A stretch of 64,000 nt of DNA, from assembly GCA_012295275.1 (NCBI GenBank), contig CM022665.1:17546001-17610000 (forward strand). The letters run 5' to 3'. Below, piece after piece: positions 1 to 12,606 of this stretch (its first letter is position 1; each line of letters opens with the position of its first letter). The stretch comes from Chrysomallon squamiferum. Taxonomy: Eukaryota > Animalia > Mollusca. The notes beneath the pieces are model-generated. The model ran no database searches, was not told where the DNA came from, and saw only the letters and a list, made by a program, of their open reading frames with translations. The translations under genes and the position numbers were made by a program.

Positions 1-69
1 AATTTGAATATTTTGAAAAAGTAGTTTTTGTGTCTCAGATATCATTTAAAGAAGAAGATTAAAACTTAC

Positions 70-252
70 TTTTGCTCAGTACCAGAGTTTTTAACAAAGT
101 TATTTGGTATATCCTGATGGCACTTTGGACAACAGTGATCCTCAAAAGCTAGTAAGTCATAGTAACATTTTTGGCAAATCTTGTCTTTGCATGGCAATAC
201 AACTGGTGGTGCTTCAAATACACTTGTACAGTGTGAACAAGAGCCTATTTTC
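70..252 (-). CDS. RNF213: RING finger exon (variant C3-D-C4)
   Basis: Not in the ORF track. Hand translation: [51 protein letters not shown] at 253-254, GTAAG donor at 65-69. Confidence 0.88.
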
Positions 253-2482
253 CTGAAAAGTGGTAATTCCTTAATTACATTATACTGAAAATAATTATAA
301 ATAATGATTTTCTGAAATATTTAACTTATTCATTTATCTACAGAGCAATATGGCATCTTCATATGCAACTATTTAAAAGATATACCAAATGAAATGAAAT
401 TAATTATTTTATGACTGTTTTTACATTAATAAGAAGCACTTATGAAAAGAAGAAAACAATATAAACCAAACTGCTTCTAAGAAAACATACTCTGATAATT
501 TCTGAAGGAATGACTTGTTCACACTTATAAGGAACTTTTCAACCTTTTCCAGTGAGTGAATTTTCTTTAAGTTAGCCTCTTCCCCTAGTAGCTGCAATAT
601 AATAATTAAGCAAATAGCATAAAAAACTGAATCTTTTCACTAGAATTACATAATCTAGTCTAACTTACTTTAAGCAATATGATATATACATTTTTCCTTA
701 CTTTTTAATTCAAACTTCTGGAGAAAATGCAAACTTTATTTTCTCTTCATATGATTTAAAATTAAATACAACAATAAAAAATTGTTTCAGTTTCTTCAGA
801 TGAATATACATGTTGAAGGTAAATAATGAAGAGATTTACCGTCCAAAGTGGCATACATCTTGTAACAAAACGTTCTGATACTTTTGTTTTCTTCTTGGAT
901 TCCTTGACTGAGAAACTTTCCAAAAACAGCTTCATTGTTAACACTCTAGTCCAAAGACACCTAAACCAAATTGTAGGTAACAAAAATAAAGTGAGATAAT
1001 AAATGTTATGAACCATATTTTTCAAGAAATAGTTAAACTTTATTTTTCTGCACTGTTATTCTTAAAAAATAAATTAGAAATACATTAATTGATAGAACAG
1101 TTAGAGAAATAAAATTTGCATTTTATCTTTGTTGTTTTCTAATTTAAAATCAACTCATTGTTTTACCTAGATCTATCAATGTATGCTTGACAAACTGGTC
1201 CAAATCTAAGTGCCACATTATCAACATTGTCCAGAATTCTTTGAATAACAGGTAAAAATGTTTTGACATTCTCCAACCATTCTGATCTTCCATTTTCATT
1301 GTTTAGTTTGTTTTTCTCAGGTTCCAGCTGCTCAAGCATTAAGATAAGTCCTAAAACATCAAGTGTCTGGAAAAAACACAAAATGATCAAAATATGTGAA
1401 TGTTAATTGACATATTGAACAAATTAAAGTCATAATTTGAATGAAAGCAAATTTATTAATGTCATTATTTCACAATAAAAAGGAAAAAACTATGTGAGAA
1501 TCTAGGAATGATAACGTAACCTATATTATATTTTAAGATTCTGCTAAAATAGCTTATCCATAATGTAGTACTAGATGTCAGTACATATGTAAGAAAAGAA
1601 TACCATTTCATCAGTATTTAGAAGTGCATGTCCTTTGTTTTCTCTAATTTTATTGACTGCAAGCAACACATCAGGCCAAATATTCTCAATGTCTTGGAAA
1701 GCCTGCAGCCTGCCCATCACAAGCGAGTGAGTGTAATGGACTGCAACAAGAGCTGACATCAAATCCAGTTTAGTTATATCCACGTTGGCTTGTCTAGATG
1801 CTATTTCTAGTGCTTCACACAAAATCTGTAATGAAAAAAAAAAAAAAAAAATCAGTTTCAGAGACAAATACAGCTGAATATTTTATTATAAGACTAAAAC
1901 TTGTAAATTCTATTCAATAAATGAATGAGTTCATTACGCTGATTCAATACTGAAAACATAATTTATAGAATGCATCTTGAAAATGAACTTACATTTTTAA
2001 GAAAAAGCATACATAATACTTTTGATGCTTTTCATTATTTTAATAACAAATGTAAAACCCTGTGAGAGCAAAATTTTCCTTTAGACACACCTCATGTTTA
2101 TTTGCACTCGTACACAGATATTTTGCATGTACAAAATCTTTAACGTAGGCAATGATGATTTCTTTCTGGTTGCTTGTTCTTTCTGCTGAGACTGCGTTCA
2201 GAAGGTTGCCATATGGAGTGTCAAGAATGATATGACCCACCCAATCAAGTTGTGCTGAACAAAGAGAACAAATAAAAATTGTCAATTAATATTGAATACA
2301 TACATATTAAATATTATTTTTAACTGGTTGGAGCCCTGAATTACTTTATATAATTTTAAAGATATACATACATAAACACAAACATGCAAAGATATATATC
2401 TACTGACATATGAAGAGAGAGACACATCTTTATGCAGATATACATACATATGTATAAATGAACAAGCATGTAAATGTAACAC

Positions 2483-2513
<31 letters not shown>

Positions 2514-5500
2514 TATTAAAATGAGGCAGACAGATAGTGAACTGAAGTAGAGAAAAGGTTAAAAAGATGTTATAGTGGAAGATAATTATAATATGAGATA
2601 TATTAAAAGATGTGCATCTTAGACAGCATGAGATAATATTGCTATCATTTTTTAGTGGAATAAATAAATCTATGGTTTCCATACTCTGAGATTTTGAAGT
2701 AACTGTGAATTTAATAGGTGATATATATGTTTGCAGTTGCTTTTATTTTCGAGTAAAGTATTCAGTCTAAAATGAAAATTTGGGTTTTTAAGACTTGTAA
2801 AGGTAGTATGATTTAATTAATCTAAATTACATTGAAATGTTTTATTGGTTTTATTAAAGCAACACATTCAAGGAAATTTGATTTTCTATTATAAATGTTT
2901 CAAGTCTCCATGTTCATTTAAGTAAGTAATTTAAAACACCTATAACATTACTGAAATAATGTTTATAAAAAAAATGGTAAATTATCTATACATATGCCAT
3001 TATTACATCAAACATTAATCCTTAAAATGTGAATTACATTTTGTGATTTTTGATTTACTTCTATTTTTACCCATCTGATCAAGGAGTCTCTCCAAAAAGT
3101 AGTTAACATTTGTTCAGTTTTATGCTCTATAAAACACTCACCGTCTATAATCAAATTATTTGCTGGTATTCTTGTTAAAGATTTAATAAAGTTGTCCATT
3201 TTGAGGATTTTTAGAGCATTCTACATTTTAGATTTAATATTTTTATCACTGTAGTGCTCCTATATTTGTAAACACGTTATTGAGGAATGTTTTAACTTTT
3301 CATACTGAAAATATTAACATCAGTAACTTTATTTTTATTATATGTGCTTTTTAAAAAGACACTTTCAGGGGATACTTTTTAACAAAACAAAGTTGTTTTC
3401 AAAATAATAAATAAAATGTAAAAAAGAAATATTTTCATTGAGAAGAGTAGATACATGTTTATATTTAAAATATATCAAAATTTGTTTTTTACTTTATAAA
3501 GCCTGTAAACTGAGTCTTCTACAAAATGAACATATTAAAAAAAAAATCACCTGAAACGTCATCAAATTCTTGTGGATGGCTTGTTTTTTCAACAGTAGTA
3601 AGATTATTTTCAATAAGCTGCAGGAGCAACCATGAGAAAGGTAGTTCAGCACCAAAGGGAATTCCATGAATACCTGTGTTAAACGGGATTATCTCACCCA
3701 ATTCTTGATGAGTTTCAGGAGAAAGTAAATCCTGATACCGCAGTTGACAAACTGAAGGACTGTGAAGGATTCTTAACCACATAACATGTGCCCAGTGGTA
3801 ATCAGGTGTGTTTCTTATGATATCCAGATTACGATTTGTGTCCAAAAAAGCAACAACCCCTGCTAAAACTGTTACGATCTTGTTCTCCAGACACTGAAGC
3901 CATGACCGCCTGAAAAGTTAATATTTCAGATACTAAAAGTGTAGTTAAAATAATTTTCTAAATAGGTATTAAGTTTTAAATATTTTCAGTTTGAAGTTTA
4001 ATGCATAACAACTGGCTTAAATCACTCTGTCAACAAAGAAAATAACAATTAAAAAAATTAATAAAATGTCTGAAAAGAAATCTTACCTGAACGTTCCAGC
4101 TTTTTTCACAAAATCTGGTTTTGCTGCTTCATTGGAGAGCCAGTTAGAAGCAATATGGCCACTGATATCAATTTCTTTTTCTTCCAGCAATTTAATTATC
4201 ATGTTACTTAAACCAGTCAAAAATGACTGTTCTTCACCTGGGCAAAGCATGAAAAAATGAGTTAAACATTGTAACATTTAAGTAGATTAAATTATTCTAT
4301 TTCCAAAACTTTAATTTACATTTTTATTATGATAATTTGTGAATTCATTTCCATAATTCATTTGTTTATAATTTTCTATAATGCATAATATTTGCATTAC
4401 TAACTTTCTGAATTTTGGTTTTCCACAAAATGCAGAAGAATCTCTATTCTTTTAGTGGATCTTCTGGAGTCCTGTACATCATCTCTGACTAAAGCGGCAG
4501 CAGACTGAATGCATCTTAAAATCAAGTCATGAAAGTAAGCAGGGATTTTCTGATGTTTATCTTCAACAACCACACAGTTCTCTGGTTCTTGTTCTTGAAG
4601 TGAAATTTTCTCCAAATCAAGTACTTGGTCTGAAGTTTCAGTTGTGTTATTTTCATCAATTTCCATATCTTCATCCAGCATGCCTTCATATTCTTTGGAG
4701 TCCATTATTTGTTCTATTCGGGTTTCTGTATATGTAACACCATTTGGCTCTTCTCTTGGAGCTCGACCTTGTAGCACGTTGGCTGGACTGTTTTTGTGTA
4801 GTTGATGAACTGATGGAAGATTTCCTGCAGGTCGCAGTTCATCAATGTGAAGAGAATGCCACTTTCCTGCCTGGAATATAAATAAACAAAATTACATTTT
4901 CATCAACATGGCATTATGAATCTCAGTGAAAATCACTGTTATCATTACAATTAATTAAAAATATTTATGTTTGTTTTTATTCTTAACAAAAAAACAACAT
5001 TATAATGCAATGATTTTTTAGCAAGCATTTACTATAAACGCAAAAAATATATCAGTACAAAATGAAACCAAAATTACTTGAAATTTTAGTAAATTTTCTA
5101 CAATATTTATAGAAAAAAATTTAATTTTTTAAAACTAAATATGGAAAAACCTGTAAAAAAGATTTATTCTCAATATTAATAACCAGATCTTTAAAAAAAT
5201 AATAACAATAATATAAAATATTAGAGACTATACCATGAATCCAGTAAAACAGCCACCAGCCACTCTAGGTAGCTGGACAATGAAAAACACAACAAAGTCT
5301 CTAACATCATGAGGCAATTCATCTTCAACACAGTACTGGGCACTCTTGATCAAACTCATGTTTTTATCTCCAGATCCACACTGTACCATCAACAGTTTTA
5401 GTCCATTAGCTGACTTCTCAACAAAGTTTCTGAAACACAAACCATTTATTGTTTACACTTAAATGCATGCATGTAGGCTTGAAATCATTGAAGAAATGTA

Positions 5501-5559
5501 CATTTACTGATGCATTCTCTGAATGTCATATGGAAATCAAAGACCATGAATGAAACTGC

Positions 5560-5591
<32 letters not shown>

Positions 5592-8500
5592 TAATAATAA
5601 TAATAATAGTGGCAATCTAAGATCTATATATTCACATTTGTTTAAGGAAACTTTTGCAAATATAAAAAACTTTGTAAATTTCAAATTTTCATAATTTTTC
5701 ATCATTTAGGAAATTGAATAAAAATGTACTCCTTTGAAAACAAAGAATATAAATAAACTGATTAAACTGAAGTTCAGACTTTTCGACATCACAAGAGTTT
5801 ATGTAAACAAACCTTATCTGCTGACAAAACTGCTGTTCAGTGTCAAATGACTGCAGAGTCAGAAGAATTATGTTGTTCTCTGTCAAATCAAGGAAAGACC
5901 TGATCTCATCTTTGTCTTGATCTGTTAAAAGCTTTGAATGGGTTGTCACCTGTACCAGGAAACACCAATGTAAAGTTATATTATAATCAAACAAATGATA
6001 TAAATGATGACTTTTATTTGTTTATCTTTTTTTACACAATATCTAACAAAATTACCTTTTCACAAATCCTCTTCAACATTATAACATGCATTTACAAAAA
6101 TATCATGAGATCTTTTAGAATTAGTGTCTCAGAAAACTATTTGTTTTAATTATCTACCTGAGTAAAGAAACCCTTATTTCCTATCATTGTAAGTCTGTAG
6201 GACATGTATTTGATGATGTCATCGTGAGGCTGTTCTTTAAAGTAAATATTGAACATTTTCTCTGCTTCATTGAACAGTCTGGTTTCTTTGAGTCGAAGAA
6301 CAGCATCTGGAGTAGCACACCATAAAAGCATCTTCTGACAATCTTCCAATAACTGAAAGCAAACAAAACAACAGGCTATAAATTAAATAAATTTAAATAC
6401 CATTTAACCAAATGACTGATTTCCATTATATAAATATATCAGATGTTTAAAGAGATGATCATAAAGAAAATTAAAATAACCTGTATTTTGCCAATTATAA
6501 TAAAAATAATTATTACCATACCTGCATGTTGTCATCAGTATGTTCTTTCTTTTCATCCCACATGTATAAAACAATGGCTCCAGTGGTATCAGGATGATAG
6601 CCCATGAAAGCATCAGCAACACTGACTTTCTGGTGCACATTGAATCTTTGAAGGTAAAAAAAAAAGAATATTATCAGTTGACAGTTTTCACAAAATTATA
6701 TATTCATTATGAATTAAATATTAATACACATAAGTTGATATTGTAATGTTTAAATTTATTGATCTGGAGAAGAAAAAAATGTTGTTTCATCTATTTTATT
6801 TGTATATATACCCAGCTCTATATGGAGTCACAAACTTGTGTGCCCAATGGTTCAGTTCTTCAGCTAACTGGCACTGGTCCTCATTCATTATGTTGTTTAG
6901 TCTTAGAAAATGTTTCTCTAGACGGTTTATCAGTGGTATTGGAAACTTCTCATAAACCATCTGCTTTTCTGCCACCACAATCAACCTGAAATATAATAAT
7001 TAAAAGAACTACAGTAATCAAAAAAATTCTGAAAAATAATAATTAACAGAACTGTAGTAATAAAACAAATTCTGAAAAATAATAATTAACAGAACTGTAG
7101 TAATCAAACAAATTCTGAAAAATAATAATTAACAGAACTGTAGTAATCAAACAAATTCTGAAAAGTAATTACAAAATAACATGCATCTACTATATTTATT
7201 ATCAAATTATTAATTTTTATTATTAATCCCAAAATAAAGCTTTCTATCCAACAAATTATTTCAATATTTTTGTTTAAATCTTAATTCTAACTGACAAACA
7301 TTTTAAATGCATTATTTTTAACCAGATGATTTAAACTCCATTAGAAAAGATCTGATATACTGTGCCCAGAATACAGCAAAATCAGTACTTATTTTGTCAT
7401 GATCACAAAATGAAATATGCACTAACCATTAATACAGACTTGTCAAAAGCTATACATTTTAATTTTATAAAAGTTACTTGTGTTTTTTAAATTTAAATAT
7501 GTAATAATGAAGTAATAATCATAAAGACAAGTCTCCCAATTGATGAAACCACTCTGAATACTACCTGAAATCTTGATGCACTCGACACTTGACACGGTGG
7601 GTGCCTAGACCCAGATCCACAAAACGTTCTCCACCAAGTCGAGCATAATACTGTTTGGGGGGGGAAAAGAAGTTTTAATTAATATTTAGTGTTCAAATAA
7701 AACTTCATTTATGAATTATTATCACAAACATCAAGCCAAAACCTGTTAATATATTTATATAAAATACAAGTAAGCAATGGATATATTAATAATTTTTACA
7801 CAGTGAATATTAGAGTTGTTGGATGTTACAACTCCAAATCAATCCCTAAGTTTAATAAAAAAAAAAATATTAAAAAAAAAAAAATTTCTCATAAGTGTAC
7901 CAGTGATTTTTTTTTTTTTTTTTTAAACCTGTTTCATTACTACTAAATGTACAGAAAAAATAATTTGGAAAAATGTGAAAGAATAAAAAGCCAGCAGAAG
8001 AAATATTTTAATTTTTTGAGGTATTTGAATATATAACATTCTAGAAACTATAATAATGATGATGATGATAATGATGATTACCTGGTTTAGAGCATCATAA
8101 AGACTCTCATACAGGTTTTCAAGATTCAGTAGTATCACAGTGTTTCCAGTTTCCATGCACACTTTGATCCGATTAATGTTTCGGCAAATCTATAAATTAA
8201 TAATTAAAAATTATCCAAATGACTTAATGAATGCCTAACAGTATCTTAAAACATTTGTATATGAATGGTTATATGATGTCAAATACTTGGTTTATCTGCC
8301 AATAAGGATATAATATGATATTCTTTCTGGTTAGAGGCAGGGTGTGTTTTTCCATTCACTTTTCAGAAATCAAATTCTAAGGTCTTTAATATACCAGTTA
8401 TGGAGGAGGCTCTGACTGGCAGGTAGAAAAACTGAACAGATTAATCAAGGATAACCCTGGCAATCTATCTCACTTCAGGCCTGCATTCTGACCTAATGAG

Positions 8501-11500
8501 TTACAATTGTTAACAGTAACCACTCTAACCTGTAGTCAGTATATGATTCACCCATGAGAATGTTGTTTCAACATTCAACACAAGTTGGGTTGGGAGTAAA
8601 ACAGTCAATCAGTCTTGATGGTTTCATAGCGAATACTAAAAATGTATATTAAACAGTCAATCAGTCTTGATGGTTTCATAGCTAATACTAAAAATGTATA
8701 TTAAACAGTCAATCAGTCTTGATGGTTTCATAGTGAATACTAAAAAAACAGTATATTAAACAGTCAAAAATGTATATTAAGTCTTGATGGTTTCATAGCT
8801 AATACTAAAAATGTATATTAAACAGTCAATCAGTCTTGATGGTTTCATAGCTAATACTAAAAATGTATATTAAACAGTCAATAAGTCTTGATGGTTTCAT
8901 AGCGAATACTAAAAATGTATATTAAACAGTCAATCAGTCTTGATGGTTTCATAGCTAATACTAAAAATGTATATTAAACAGTCAATAAGTCTTGATGGTT
9001 TCATAGCAAATACTAAAAATGTATATTAAACAGTCAATTAGTTTTGATGGTTTTACAACTAATACTAAAAATGTATAGTAAAACAGTCAATCAGTGTTGA
9101 TGGTTTTGCAGCTAATGCTAGAAATGTATAGTAAAACAGTCAGTCAGTGTTGATGGTTTTGCAGCTAATGCTAGAAATGTATATTAAACAGTCAATAAGT
9201 ATATTAAACAGTCAATAAGTCTTGATGGTTTCATAGCTAATACTAAAAATGTATATTAAAAACAGTCAATCAGTTTTGATGGTTTCATAGCTAATACTAA
9301 AAATGTAATACAGTAAAAAAATGTATATTAAACAGTCAATAAGTCTTGATGGTTTCATAGCTAATACTAAAAATGTATATGGTAAAACAGTCAATCAATC
9401 AGTTTTGATGGTTTCATAGCTAATACTAAAAATGTATATTAAAAACAGTCAATAAATACTAAAAATGTCAGTCAATGAGTGATGGTTTTAGCTATGTAAA
9501 AATGTATTAAACATAGTCAATACTAAAAAATGTATATTAAACAGTCAATAAGTCTTGATGGTTTCATAGCTAATACTAAAAATGTATATTAAAACAGTCA
9601 ATCAGTCTTGATGGTTTCATAGCTAATACTAAAAATGTATATTAAACAGTCAATCAGTGTTGATGGTTTCATAGCTGTAATAATAAAAAAATGTATATAA
9701 AACAGTCAATCAGTTTTGATGGTTTTATAGCTAATACTAAAAATGTATATTAAAACAGTAAAATGGTTTCAGTACAAAAATCAGTCAATTGATGGTTTCA
9801 TAGCTAAATACTAAAAACTAAAAATGTATATTAAACAGTCAATAAGTCTTGATGGTTTTATAGCTAATGCTAAAAATGTATAGTAAATAGTCAATCAAGT
9901 CTTGATGGTTTTACAACAGTAATACTAAAATACTAAAAATGTATAGTAAAACAGTCAATCAGTCTTGATGGTTTCATAGCTAAAAATGGTTTCATAGCTA
10001 AAAATACTAAAAATGTAAATTAAAAACAGTCAATAAGTCTTGATGGTTTCATAGCTAATACTAAAAATGTAAATTAAACAGTCAATAAGTCTTGATGGTT
10101 TCATTTCATAGCAAATACTAAAAACAGTGTATATAGTAAAAAAAATGTATATTAAACAGTCAATGGTTTCATATTAAACAGTCAATTGATGGTTTCATAG
10201 CTAATACTAAAAATGTATATTAAACAGTCAATAATGGTTTCATAGCTAATACTAAAAATGTATATTAAACAGTCAATAATGGTTTCATAGCAGTCAATCA
10301 GTCTTGATGGTTTCATAGCTAATACTAAAAATGTATATTAAACAGTCAATAAGTCTTGATGGTTTCATAGCTAATACTAAAAAATATTAAAACAGTCAAT
10401 CAGTATGGTTTCATTAAATACAAAAATGTATATTAAACAGTCAATAAGTCTTGATGGTTTTATAGCTAATACTAAAAATGTATAGTAAAACAGTCAATCA
10501 ATCAGTTGATGGTTTCATAGCTAATACTAAAAATGTATATTAAACAGTCAAAAAGCTAATGTATATTAAACAGTCAATAAGTATATTAAAACAGTCAATG
10601 ATGGTTTTACATAATACTAAAACTAAAACAGTGTATAGTTTCAAAATACTAAAAATGTATATTAAACAGTCAATCAGTGTTGATGGTTTCATAGCTAATA
10701 CTAAAAATGTATATTAAACAGTCAATAAGTCTTGATGGTTTCGTAGCTAATACTAACTAGAAATGTATATTAAACAGTCAATAAGTCTTGATGGTTTCAT
10801 AGCTAATACTAAAAATGTATATTAAAACAGTCAATCAGTGTTGATGGTTTTGCAGCTAATACTAAAAATGTATAGTAAAACAGTCAATCAGTGTTGATGG
10901 TTTTGCAGCTTATACTAAAAATGTATAGTAAAACAGTCAATCAGTGTTGATGGTTTTGCAGCTAATACTAAAAATGTATAGTAAAACAGTCAATCAGTGT
11001 TGATGGTTTTGCAGCTAATGCTAGAAATGTATAGTAAAACAGTCAATCAGTGTTGATGGTTTTGCAGCTAATAATAAGTCTAAATACATGTATATTAAAA
11101 CAGTCAATCAGTGTTGATGGTTTTGCAGCTAATGCTAGAAATGATTAGTAAAACAGTCAATCAGTGTTGATGGTTTTGCAGCTAATGCTAGAAATGTATA
11201 GTAAAACAGTCAATCAGTGTTGATGGTTTTGCAGCTAATGCTAGAAATGTACAGCAAACAGTCAGTCAGTTTTGTTGGTTTCCTAGCTAATATTAAAAAT
11301 GAAAGCTGGATACCATCCTGTCATCTCAGAAAGACAAGCAGCCACTGTATCCAGTCAAACACCCACTGCTGGGTTCTAGCACCCAGGTTGCCAACAACTG
11401 ATTTAAACCACTGGATTAGAAAATAAATACTACCTGTGTATATTCTTGGTCTTTAGGAAAACTGCTACCAAAGATTGTTTTGACACTGTGCTGTCCTAAG

Positions 11501-11710
11501 ACTTGCTGTATTATGCCAAGTGCTCCATAGTTTTCAGTCAGAAGCAAAAGATACCGACTTTCACTGAAATAAATTAAAAATATATACAGTAACTGATGTG
11601 ATATTTTGCATTAACATCAGTTCTAAGGAACAAAAGTTGATTAAAAATTACCTTTTTATATCAGTTATATTTCTTATCCTACATATTTATTTATTTACTT
11701 ATCTACCTAC

Positions 11711-11745
<35 letters not shown>

Positions 11746-12560
11746 TACATACATACACATTAATTTATTTATCTATATATATATCTATTATATTTATCCA
11801 TTAGTTTAATTTACAAAACAAAATCATTTTATAAAATTAATAAATTGATAATAACTGAAATTGTAATTATCTATAAATAATCTTTTTGTAACACATGTTT
11901 GTCCTAAGATTATAAAAGTTGCCTTCTATTTTGGGGTAATTTTGCTGATTTATTGCAAGTAACTGCATAAGTCTCAAGTATGAAGAAAGATAATCAATAA
12001 TTACTGATTTTTGATGTTTCTGAATCCAAGCACCATCTCCATATCAGTTACTTTTTAAAGTCATTATGTATAGTCAAAAGAAATTTGTATCACTAATCTA
12101 AGTGCTTAAAAATTGTCTTACAAAGTAATAAAAAGTCTAATATAAAAATCAGACCTGCCAGTACCATCTCCAAAGAGAGCTGCCTTTATCAAACCTGCTG
12201 TTGTATTGTCAGGGTCATCATCATGTTTCTGTTAATTATTAGAAAAATTTTATTATTATGAATTTGTAAAAACTAAATCCATATAATCATATCATGATAG
12301 CACATAATAAAAAACCAAACAAAAAAAAACCAACAAATAAATAAATTTAAAACATCTCAAAATGTCTTATGTCTCAAGACACAAAACTATTTTCAAAATT
12401 CTGTTTTGGCTTTCTCAACAATGAAAATTTGAGATCTAAAAATAAATTTAAAAAATTGAATTAATATTTCAGCAACAAATCTCTGGATGTACAAAGTATA
12501 ACATTACAGATAAAAAATAAATTAATTAATTAATTAATTTTTTAAAAAAAAGGATGTTTA

Positions 12561-12606
<46 letters not shown>

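Noticed and set aside
3008-3199. 63-aa minus-strand ORF as an additional exon
   Set aside because: Exons 3551-3909 and 2091-2254 join in phase without it, and it has no recognisable RNF213 motif.
8596-11300. CRISPR array
   Set aside because: Units are head-to-tail with no unique spacers, there are no cas genes, and it lies in a eukaryotic intron; it is a minisatellite.
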